NCBI GenBank assembly: GCA_022703375.1
Contig: JAKLDS010000006.1
Coordinates: 2,798-66,797, forward strand
Source of the DNA: Deltaproteobacteria bacterium
Lineage (GTDB): Bacteria; Desulfobacterota; Syntrophia; Syntrophales; Smithellaceae
Length of the DNA: 64,000 nucleotides
Direction of reading: 5' to 3'
Shown piece after piece: positions 40,184 through 48,323 of the stretch. Under the pieces are notes generated by a model, which worked only from the letters and a program-made list of their open reading frames with translations, ran no database searches and was not told the origin of the DNA. A program made the position numbers and the translations under genes. How positions within the stretch are numbered: position 1 is the stretch's first letter; the number at the start of each line of letters is the position of its first letter.

Positions 40184-41902
40184 ATGTACGAAAGCAAACC
40201 CTGGCTCAAATTTTACGGCAATGTTCCGCACACTATAGATTATCCGCGCATCACCATGTATGAAGCGCTCCTGAAAACAGTCGCCAGGTATCCTCATTCC
40301 GTGGCGTACGATTTTTTCGGCAGCACGGCCACCTATACGCAGTTTGCCGCCGCAATTGATACCTGCGCCAACGCTTTGGCTGCGCTGGGCCTGCAGAAAG
40401 GCGACCGCATCACTATTTCGATGCCGACCTGCCCGCAGGGAATCATCTGTTTTTACGCTGCCAACAAAATCGGCGTCGTCGCCTCGATGATTCATCCGCT
40501 CTCCACAGCCAGGGAAATTGAATTCTATCTCAATAAAGCCAAAAGCACAGTCGCCCTGACGCTGGATGCATTTTACGGCAAGTTCAAAGAAATCCAGGAT
40601 AAAACGTCGCTGCAGAAATTGATTCTGACACGCATTCCCGATTATCTGAAACCGATTATGAAGGTGGGATTTTATGTGACCAAGGGCCGCAAGATTAAGC
40701 CTGTTCCCGCTGACCCGCTTGTTATCTGGTGGAAAGATATGATGAAGGCCGAGCACCAGGCCGTGCCCAAAGCCGCGATGTCCGCTGAAGAAATGGCAGT
40801 TATCCTATACAGCGGCGGCACCACGGGAACTCCCAAAGGCATCATGCTTTCCAATTTAAACTTTATCAGCGAGGGCATGCAGGTGGCAGCCTGGGGAGAT
40901 CTGAATGACAAAGATGTTATTCTGGCCATTCTGCCAATTTTTCACGGCTTCGGCCTGGGCGTCTGCATTAACGCCGCCTTTATGGGTGGCGCCCGCAGTA
41001 TTCTGGTGCCGATGTTTACACCGGAAATTCTGGCGGATTTAATCAAAACAAAGCAGCCGTCCTTTGTTATCGGGGTGCCCACGCTTTATGAAGCGCTGTG
41101 TCATAACAAAAAATTTTGCAATGCTAATCTGAGCTGCCTGCGAGCGAGCTTTTCCGGCGCCGACACGCTGCCCCGCCCGGTCAAAGAACAATTCGAAAGC
41201 GTTGTCAAGCGGCAGGGCGGGAAGGCCAAGCTGCGCGAAGGCTACGGCCTGACAGAGGCGGTTACCGCCATCATGGCGCTGCCCCTTTATGAATACCGCG
41301 AGAAAAGCATCGGTGTTCCTTTTCCCGATATGTCGGCGAAAATTATCAAAACCGGAACTTTCGACGAAGCGCCGGCGGGAGAAGAAGGCGAACTTTGCAT
41401 CAGCGGCCCGGCTGTGATGATGGGCTATCTGGATAATCCGCAGGAAACCGAACAGACCCTGCGGCGGCATCCGGACGGTTTAATCTGGCTGCATACCGGC
41501 GATATCGCCACCATGGATGAAGACGGATTTTTTTATTTCAAGCTGCGCGCCAAACGCATGATAAAATCATCGGGCATGAATGTTTATCCTGCCCAGGTCG
41601 AGGATGTCCTCTACCAGCACCCCGATGTCAAGGATGCCTGCGTAATCGGTGTTCCCGATGCGGCTCAAGTGCAGCGGGTGAAGGCTTTTGTCGTCCTGAA
41701 AGAAGGATGCAAAAGCAGTCCGGAGAAAGAAAAGGCGTTGATCGAGCACTGCTCGCAAAGCATGATTAAATGGTCCTGCCCGCGGGAAATTGAATTCCGC
41801 GACAAACTGCCGACAACGCTGGTGGGCAAGATAGCTTTTAATACACTGGAAAAAGAAGAAATCGCCAGACTGAAGGCGGAGGGGAAATACACGGGAGAAT
41901 AA
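40184..41902 (+). CDS. AMP-dependent acyl-CoA synthetase/ligase (long-chain fatty-acid--CoA ligase-like)
   Basis: 572 aa. AMP-binding motif ILYSGGTTGTPKGIM. EGYGLTE. GDIATMDEDGFFYF..RAKRMIKSSG. Confidence 0.85.
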   Translation: MYESKPWLKFYGNVPHTIDYPRITMYEALLKTVARYPHSVAYDFFGSTATYTQFAAAIDTCANALAALGLQKGDRITISMPTCPQGIICFYAANKIGVVASMIHPLSTAREIEFYLNKAKSTVALTLDAFYGKFKEIQDKTSLQKLILTRIPDYLKPIMKVGFYVTKGRKIKPVPADPLVIWWKDMMKAEHQAVPKAAMSAEEMAVILYSGGTTGTPKGIMLSNLNFISEGMQVAAWGDLNDKDVILAILPIFHGFGLGVCINAAFMGGARSILVPMFTPEILADLIKTKQPSFVIGVPTLYEALCHNKKFCNANLSCLRASFSGADTLPRPVKEQFESVVKRQGGKAKLREGYGLTEAVTAIMALPLYEYREKSIGVPFPDMSAKIIKTGTFDEAPAGEEGELCISGPAVMMGYLDNPQETEQTLRRHPDGLIWLHTGDIATMDEDGFFYFKLRAKRMIKSSGMNVYPAQVEDVLYQHPDVKDACVIGVPDAAQVQRVKAFVVLKEGCKSSPEKEKALIEHCSQSMIKWSCPREIEFRDKLPTTLVGKIAFNTLEKEEIARLKAEGKYTGE

Positions 41903-41964
41903 TCGCCGCAAGTTAAATAATGCTCTTACCCATGTCAATTAATAATCCCGGAAGGGTGGCGCTG

Positions 41965-42393
41965 ATGAACTTCTTTCCCCGCGTGAGAAAGAGTGTCATC
42001 AGCATCCTTATTTTGCTATCTTTTCTTGTCGCCTGCGGCTCGCCCAAACAATATGAGCTCAACAATGAAAGAGATTTTCAGCAGGCTTTCAATCAGGTTT
42101 ATTTTAAAGGAAAAGCCAAAATGGAGGTGCCCGTAAAATACGGCCGGGTTGACCTGCTCACTGGTGATTTTGCCATTGAAGTGGACAGCGTCGATAAGTT
42201 CCATGAAGCCATTGGCCAGGCGTTGCACTATGCGAAAGAAACGGGCAAAAAACCGGCTGTCGCCTTTTTTGTGCTGGAAATCAATCCGGTCGACAGAAAA
42301 AAATTGAAATACGTCACAAAGCTCTGCGAACATTACGGCATCAAGGTCTGGTTTATTAACGACGAGTTGGAAAAAGATGGAAAATATCATTAA
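41965..42393 (+). CDS. hypothetical lipoprotein with PD-(D/E)xK / RecB-like nuclease-fold motifs
   Basis: Start taken at the Met at 41965 (MNFFPRVRKSVISILILLSFLVACGS, lipobox LVAC). GRVDLL..AIEVDSVDK..GQALHY resembles D / E-x-D/K / QxxxY. The 3' end overlaps the next gene by 17 nt. Confidence 0.5.
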   Translation: MNFFPRVRKSVISILILLSFLVACGSPKQYELNNERDFQQAFNQVYFKGKAKMEVPVKYGRVDLLTGDFAIEVDSVDKFHEAIGQALHYAKETGKKPAVAFFVLEINPVDRKKLKYVTKLCEHYGIKVWFINDELEKDGKYH

Positions 42394-43087
42394 CACCGCA
42401 TTTATTCTCGGAGCGGGATTGGGAACGAGGCTGCGGCCGCTGACGGAGAATTGCCCCAAGCCGCTTTTGCCGATGGGCGGCCGGCCCATCATTACTTACG
42501 CCATGGAGCATCTCCGTGCTATCGGTGTTCAGAAATTTATCATCAATACTCACCATTGTCCGGAGAAATATGCGGAAGCTTTTCCTGATAATCAATGGCA
42601 GGGCATTCCCGTTACATTTCGTCACGAACCGGTTCTTCTGGATACCGCCGGCGGAATCAAAAACATCGAGGATTTAATTGCCGCCGAAGAAAGAATAATT
42701 GTTTACAATGGCGATATTATCACTAATCTGCCGTTGCAGCCGTTAATCGCAGCGCACTTCGCGCAGAAAGGCGAAGTTACGCTGGCGCTGCGTTCCCGCG
42801 GGCATTTGCTCAACGTCAATATTGACGAAAAGGGCTTCATCTGCGATTTGCGACATGCTTTGAATAATGCCGGCGCGATGAGCTGCCAGTTTGCCGGCAT
42901 TTATGTCATTGAAAGAAGTTTTCTGACCCGCCTGGAACAAGGCAAAGCGGAATCAACCGTAACGGTCTGGCTGCAAATGATCAAAAAAAACCCGCATTCC
43001 GTCGCCGGCATCATTATTGACGAAGGCTACTGGCACGACGTGGGGACGATAGGCGAATATGAAAAGCTGAATCAGGGAGGCTTTTGA
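42377..43087 (+). CDS. sugar-1-phosphate nucleotidyltransferase, MurU-like
   Basis: 236 aa. AFILGAGLGTRLRPLTENCPKPLLPMGGRPII nucleotidyltransferase signature. Short single-domain form like MurNAc-1-P uridylyltransferase. Adjacent to an AmgK-like kinase. Confidence 0.7.
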   Translation: MENIINTAFILGAGLGTRLRPLTENCPKPLLPMGGRPIITYAMEHLRAIGVQKFIINTHHCPEKYAEAFPDNQWQGIPVTFRHEPVLLDTAGGIKNIEDLIAAEERIIVYNGDIITNLPLQPLIAAHFAQKGEVTLALRSRGHLLNVNIDEKGFICDLRHALNNAGAMSCQFAGIYVIERSFLTRLEQGKAESTVTVWLQMIKKNPHSVAGIIIDEGYWHDVGTIGEYEKLNQGGF

Positions 43088-43226
43088 AAAACGCCCATCT
43101 GCGGCGTTGCGCTGCAAACCGTGTTGCTCAACCCTTCGGTTTGCTCAGGGCAGGCTCAGAGCCCATGCCCTGTCGTGGTGAGTCTGTCGAACCATGCGCG
43201 CCTTGCATCTGAGCATTTTTGAAAAG
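43081..43226. repeat. imperfect-palindrome intergenic repeat, copy B (same family as 8053-8175, with a longer core)
   Basis: Left end AAAACGCCCATCTGCGGCGTTGC and right end CATGCGCGCCTTGCATCTGAGCATTTTT align with copy A. The upstream gene's TGA stop (43085-43087) lies inside the element. Confidence 0.6.
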
Positions 43227-43273
43227 TCTGACAGCGAGTGCGATATTGTTTATCCTGAACAAAGTTGGGATTT

Positions 43274-44254
43274 ATGAACAAAGAAACAGTGAACTTTCTC
43301 AACGCTAATCTTGGTAAAGCCGACTGGTTAATGATACCCATTAAAAAAGGCGGCTCCGATCGTTCTTTTTTTCGCGTTTCCGCGGCAGGGCAAAAAAGTT
43401 TCATCCTGATGCAATACGGTGTGGAAAAAGATGAAAATTACTGCTGGCTTGATATTGCCGGATTTCTCCGTGGCATTAATGTAACAGTGCCCGGGATATT
43501 TGCTTCTGACAAAAAACAGCGGCTTGTTTTGATGGAGGACCTGGGAGATGTTGATTTGTGGTCAATGCGCGATAAGCCTTGGAGCAAGCGGCGCGGCTGT
43601 TATCAGGAAGTTTTGGCCATCATCGCCAAACTGCATTTGCTGCCGCTTGTTTCCCTTCCGGCCGATTTAAAGCTGATGGAAGGATATGGTCCCACGCTCT
43701 ACCGCTGGGAGCAGAATTATTTTCTGGAAAACTTCGTTGGCGCGGTCTGTAAAATGGAATTGCCGGATGATTTCCGGTACTCTTTGCAGGATGAATTAAA
43801 TGCCTTAACGGGAAGGCTATTGCGTGTTTCGCCCTGTCTGATTCACCGTGATTTTCAATCGCAGAATATTATGATTAAGAACGGCAAGCCCGTGCTGGTT
43901 GATTTTCAGGGAATGCGCGAAGGCCTTTTTTTCTATGATTTGGGCTCGCTTTTGTATGACCCGTATGTTTATCTTACGCCGGATGAAATAGACGAACTGC
44001 TGGATTTTTATTATTTGCTCAATAACGGCGGTTACGGGAAAGAGGAATTCATCTCCGTATTTTATGACGCCACGGCGCAAAGACTGATGCAGGCGCTCGG
44101 TGCTTACGGATTTTTAGGCCTGAAAAAAAATAAACCGGATTTTCTCAAGCATATTAAACGAGGCCGCGAAAACCTGCTGGCAGCGACCTCCGGGTCACCG
44201 CGGCTTTTACGCCTGCATGAGCTGGCGAAATCGGCAGAGCCTGCAAAAATATGA
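43274..44254 (+). CDS. aminoglycoside-phosphotransferase-fold sugar kinase, AmgK-like (anomeric MurNAc/GlcNAc kinase family)
   Basis: Start taken at the ATG at 43274 (MNKETVNFL). Catalytic loop LIHRDFQSQNIMIKNGKPVLVDFQGM..YDLGSLLYDPY. Confidence 0.7.
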   Translation: MNKETVNFLNANLGKADWLMIPIKKGGSDRSFFRVSAAGQKSFILMQYGVEKDENYCWLDIAGFLRGINVTVPGIFASDKKQRLVLMEDLGDVDLWSMRDKPWSKRRGCYQEVLAIIAKLHLLPLVSLPADLKLMEGYGPTLYRWEQNYFLENFVGAVCKMELPDDFRYSLQDELNALTGRLLRVSPCLIHRDFQSQNIMIKNGKPVLVDFQGMREGLFFYDLGSLLYDPYVYLTPDEIDELLDFYYLLNNGGYGKEEFISVFYDATAQRLMQALGAYGFLGLKKNKPDFLKHIKRGRENLLAATSGSPRLLRLHELAKSAEPAKI

Positions 44255-45264
44255 GCAATGAAGCAGTCAGACGGCGTTTTCAGCAGGTCCTGCGTCCGCT
44301 GTTGGCGGGGGCAGGCTTCGGTGTCGGCATTGCTGCGCTTGTCTCACCCGACCGGTCACTACAGTCACTGCTTATCGGTATTCCTGTCGGTCTGGCGATA
44401 GCGGCGCTTATCATGCTGGGAGAGCAGACTTTTTTGCAACGCCTGCGGCGCCTGCGCTTCTTTTTTTTCTTCTTAATTAAAACAATTTATTACACCACGG
44501 TTATCCTTTTTGTTATCTTTATTCTATTGCTTATTCCGGCAGTGGCCGGCGAAAAGCTGATAGCTTCAGCAAGAGGAATTCTGATAATAATATTAGCATC
44601 GCTGGCCGTCAGCGCCTTTATTAACTTTACCACCATGCTGCGCCGGATGCTGGGGCAGAATGTTCTGCGGGATTTTTTCACCGGTACTTATCACAGACCG
44701 TTGCGTGAAGCACGAACCATCATGTTTCTGGATATTGTTTCATCCACGACAATAGCGGAAAAAATCGGGGATTTGAATTTCCATGTATTCCTCAATGATT
44801 TTTACAGCGACATGACGGAATCAATTCTCGCGCATCAAGGTGAAATTTATAAATACGTGGGCGATGAAGTAATTGTCAGTTGGAAAAATCAGTCGGGCTT
44901 TGCCAGACAAAATTGTGTGCGCTGTTTCTTCGCCTTTAAGGATGCCATAGAGGAAAAGCGCGACAACTATCTGCGAAAATTCGGCTTTGCGCCGCAGTTT
45001 CGCGCCGGTATTCATTACGGTGAAATCATCATCGGCGAGACGGGGGATTTAAAAAGGGAAATAGCATTCCTGGGAGACACGGTTAATACAACAGCCCGGG
45101 TTCAGGAAGCCTGCAAAACATATAATAAAAACCTTATCATTTCCGGAGAGACATTGCAGCGCCTGGAGCTACCGGAGGAATTCGCCGTAACCAGACTGGG
45201 CGAAACAAAATTAAGGGGCAAGGAGACTCTTGTTTCCCTGTTCGGTGTTGAACGGGCAACTTAA
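44251..45264 (+). CDS. membrane-anchored class III adenylate/guanylate cyclase
   Basis: 337 aa. About 4-5 N-terminal TM helices, then IMFLDIVSSTTIAEKIGD..YVGDEVIVSW..GDTVNTTARV. ATGA overlap with the upstream kinase gene. Confidence 0.85.
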   Translation: MSNEAVRRRFQQVLRPLLAGAGFGVGIAALVSPDRSLQSLLIGIPVGLAIAALIMLGEQTFLQRLRRLRFFFFFLIKTIYYTTVILFVIFILLLIPAVAGEKLIASARGILIIILASLAVSAFINFTTMLRRMLGQNVLRDFFTGTYHRPLREARTIMFLDIVSSTTIAEKIGDLNFHVFLNDFYSDMTESILAHQGEIYKYVGDEVIVSWKNQSGFARQNCVRCFFAFKDAIEEKRDNYLRKFGFAPQFRAGIHYGEIIIGETGDLKREIAFLGDTVNTTARVQEACKTYNKNLIISGETLQRLELPEEFAVTRLGETKLRGKETLVSLFGVERAT

Positions 45265-46688
45265 TCCGGTTCGCTAAATATTTTCCCGGGATTTAATATG
45301 CTCTGCGGGTCGAAGACATTTTTAATGGACTTCATAAGTGCAATTTGTCTTTTTCCCAAAAAATCTTCCATATATGGTTTCTTGGTTATACCAATGCCAT
45401 GTTCGCCGGAAATGACGCCGCCGAACGATTTTCCCAGAGCATGAATTTTCTTCATCAAAACGGGGTATTTTTCCCGCCAACCCGGTATTTCCGTCCAGAC
45501 GCCGTTTTTCCATCTTGCTTTCATAATGTGGGTGTGTACATTACCGTCCGCCGCATGGCCATAAGTCGGCAGCCATGTTTCCATTTCCACCGCCAGCTGT
45601 TCGGTGGTGCGGACAAAATCGGCAATCCGCGCCCGCGGAATGGTTATATCCAGAATTTCCAGCATGTTTTTGCGCAATGAATCTAGTGATTTGCTTCGCA
45701 GTTCCAGAATAGTGCGCTGTTTGTCCACAGCGTCGGCAAAAATAATTTCCCCGCTGCCGTTTTCCAAGCAAATACCGGCGACCTTCTGGGCAAGAGCCAG
45801 CGCTTCATCTTCGCTGCTGCCGTCGAGAATTATCATCAGGTGCGCCTGACCAAAATCGGATGGCCATCTTTTATCCAAAAACTGCTCCGTAACGCGCATG
45901 GCTTCACGGTCAATAAATTCCACCGCCATGGGAATTACCTTGCCCGTCAGGATTTTCGGGACGGCGCCGATAGCGTCATTCAGATTGGCGAAAGGCGCAA
46001 TCAGCGTATAAATAGCCGCCGGCGGCGGCACGAGGCTGATTGTCGCCTTTGTCACAATTCCCAGCGTTCCTTCGGAACCGATAATCAGATGAAGCAGGCT
46101 GTAGCCGGTAGAGCTTTTAATCAGCTTGCCGCCGATTTCAATGATTTCCCCATCCGGTAAAACCACTTCCATGCCGCGGATGAAATTGCGGATAACGCCG
46201 TATTTGACGGCGCGCGCTCCGCCGGCGTTGGTCGCGATAACGCCTCCCACCATCGCGCCTTCATCCCCCGGATGCGGCGGAAAATACAAACCTTCGGCTT
46301 CGACGGCTTTATAAAGTTCAGCCAGTGTCACGCCGGCCTCGGCAGTCACCATCAGGTTTTCTTTGTCTATTTCGATGATTTTTTTCAGTCTTTCCAGTGA
46401 TAAAACAATGCCGCCCAATGTCGGAACACAGCCGCCGCAAAGGCCGGTCCCGCCGCCGCGCGGAGTAACCGGGATTTTATGCTCCGTGGCCAGTTTCATG
46501 ATGAGCGATATTTGCCGTGCGTCGGCAGGTCTGACAACTAAATCAGGGTAATGGCAGATATCATCCTGCGCGTATTCGTCATGCGAATAATCGCAGAGTT
46601 TCTCCGTACCGGAGATTACATTTTCCCTACCGAGCAGTTTTATCAGGGATTCAATTATCTGCGGTGTAACGGGATGATAATTTTGCAT
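45261..46688 (-). CDS. FAD-binding oxidase (GlcD / D-lactate dehydrogenase family)
   Basis: 475 aa. FAD-binding PCMH domain VTPRGGGTGLCGG and C-terminal FAD-linked oxidase domain. Confidence 0.85.
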   Translation of the reverse strand: MQNYHPVTPQIIESLIKLLGRENVISGTEKLCDYSHDEYAQDDICHYPDLVVRPADARQISLIMKLATEHKIPVTPRGGGTGLCGGCVPTLGGIVLSLERLKKIIEIDKENLMVTAEAGVTLAELYKAVEAEGLYFPPHPGDEGAMVGGVIATNAGGARAVKYGVIRNFIRGMEVVLPDGEIIEIGGKLIKSSTGYSLLHLIIGSEGTLGIVTKATISLVPPPAAIYTLIAPFANLNDAIGAVPKILTGKVIPMAVEFIDREAMRVTEQFLDKRWPSDFGQAHLMIILDGSSEDEALALAQKVAGICLENGSGEIIFADAVDKQRTILELRSKSLDSLRKNMLEILDITIPRARIADFVRTTEQLAVEMETWLPTYGHAADGNVHTHIMKARWKNGVWTEIPGWREKYPVLMKKIHALGKSFGGVISGEHGIGITKKPYMEDFLGKRQIALMKSIKNVFDPQSILNPGKIFSEPD

Positions 46689-46864
46689 AATATCTCCTTG
46701 ACGGATTGGTGTGAAATTTATTGTAAATTATACTGATTTTATATATTTGTCAATCGGTGCGACGGTAAAGAAGCTGATTGCCAGATGCTCCTGCGATGTG
46801 ATAAGAAGTTATCCGTTTGCTGCTTTAAAATAGAGATAGAAAAAATATTGTTTAAGGATTTTCT

Positions 46865-48073
46865 ATGGAAAAAGAAATTATCAGTCAACTGATCGTCAAA
46901 AACGATAAAAAAATAATTTTTCTCATTATGGACGGTTTGGGCGGATTGCCGCAGATTCCGGGCGGACCGACGGAACTGGAAGCGGCGCAAACGCCTAATA
47001 TGGACCGTCTGGCGGCCGCGGGGACCTGTGGCTTGCTTGACCCGGTAGGATACGGCATTACGCCGGGCAGCGGCCCGGCCCATTTTGCGCTGTTCGGTTA
47101 CGATCCGGTGACTTTTAATGTCGGCCGCGGTTTATTGGGTGCCGCTGGTCTCGATTTTGCCATGGCCGAAGCTGACCTTTACATCCGCGCCAATTTTGCC
47201 ACGATGGATAAAAACGGCCGGATTACCGATCGCCGGGCCGGACGTATTCCCACCGAAAAAAATCAGGAACTATGCGCTCTTTTACAGAAAAAAGTTGCGC
47301 TTCCTTCCGGACGCCAGGCTTTTTTCGTCACAGAGAAAGAGCATCGCGCTCTGGTCGCTTTGCGCGGCGCCAATCTCTGCGAAGAAATTGCCGAAACCGA
47401 TCCGCAGAAAACAGGTCTGCCGGCGCTGAATCCTGCGGCTCTGTCTTCCCGGGCCGAGCAAACTTCGGCTGACATAACAGATTTGATTAAGCAGGTTAAT
47501 AAAACACTGGCGGGCGAGGAAAAAGCCAATACACTGCTGTTGCGCGGCTACGCCTGTTATTCGCGTTTTCCGTCCTTTGCTGAAAGGTACGGCCTGAATC
47601 CGCTGGCCATTGCCAGTTATCCCATGTATCGCGGCATTGCTCATCTGCTCGGCATGAAAGTCGCGACGCTGACCAATACCATTGAAGAAGAAATTGCCGT
47701 TCTGCGGGATAACTTCAACGCCTATAATTTCTTTTTTGTTCATATCAAATATACCGATTCACGCGGCGAAGACGGGAAATTTGCGGAAAAAGTAAAAGTT
47801 ATTGAAAAGGTAGATGCTCTGCTGCCGGAAATTTACGGTTTAAATCCCGACGTGCTTATCATTACCGGAGATCATTCCACGCCGGCGGTCATGGCCGGCC
47901 ACAGCTGGCATCCGGTCCCCGTATTGCTTGCGGCCAAAACCTGCCGCCCTGATTTGTCCGCAAATTTTGGCGAACGTGCTTGTATCACCGGGGGACTGGG
48001 ACGCCTGCCCATGAAAAATCTGATGGCTGTGGCACTGGCGCACGCGGGGAAACTGCAGAAATTCGGCGCTTAA
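46865..48073 (+). CDS. apgM: cofactor-independent phosphoglycerate mutase, archaeal-type
   Basis: 402 aa. IIFLIMDGLGGLP..TPNMDRLA and C-terminal ITGDHSTP metalloenzyme motifs. Confidence 0.85.
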   Translation: MEKEIISQLIVKNDKKIIFLIMDGLGGLPQIPGGPTELEAAQTPNMDRLAAAGTCGLLDPVGYGITPGSGPAHFALFGYDPVTFNVGRGLLGAAGLDFAMAEADLYIRANFATMDKNGRITDRRAGRIPTEKNQELCALLQKKVALPSGRQAFFVTEKEHRALVALRGANLCEEIAETDPQKTGLPALNPAALSSRAEQTSADITDLIKQVNKTLAGEEKANTLLLRGYACYSRFPSFAERYGLNPLAIASYPMYRGIAHLLGMKVATLTNTIEEEIAVLRDNFNAYNFFFVHIKYTDSRGEDGKFAEKVKVIEKVDALLPEIYGLNPDVLIITGDHSTPAVMAGHSWHPVPVLLAAKTCRPDLSANFGERACITGGLGRLPMKNLMAVALAHAGKLQKFGA

Positions 48074-48323
48074 CAGAAGCCCGGCTTTCGGTTGTGGTTG
48101 GTTTCCGGCAGACATTCAGCTTAAGTTCCTGATTCCCGCAAAAACAGATTCGTCACTTGTGTTCATCATGTCCGGCGCGCCGCAATACATCCTTCCTGCA
48201 TAGCCAGCTGTTTTTATCCGCCCAATTGTCCTCAGCCGGCTATTTTTTTGCGACAAAGGCATTGAAAGCGCGCTCCCAATATGTTAGAGATTTCACACAT
48301 TTTAAGTTTCCGGAGATTTCTTT

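Noticed and set aside
39842-40756. 304-aa minus-strand ORF spanning two plus-strand genes
   Set aside because: It is antisense to the alpha/beta hydrolase and the acyl-CoA ligase, crosses their intergenic spacer and has no recognisable motif. The same reasoning applies to 6712-7494 (antisense carB), 19609-20313 (antisense glyA), 23935-24588 (antisense EBP) and 13451-13978 (antisense to the Pro/Ala linker, which gives an Ala/Gly-rich artefact).
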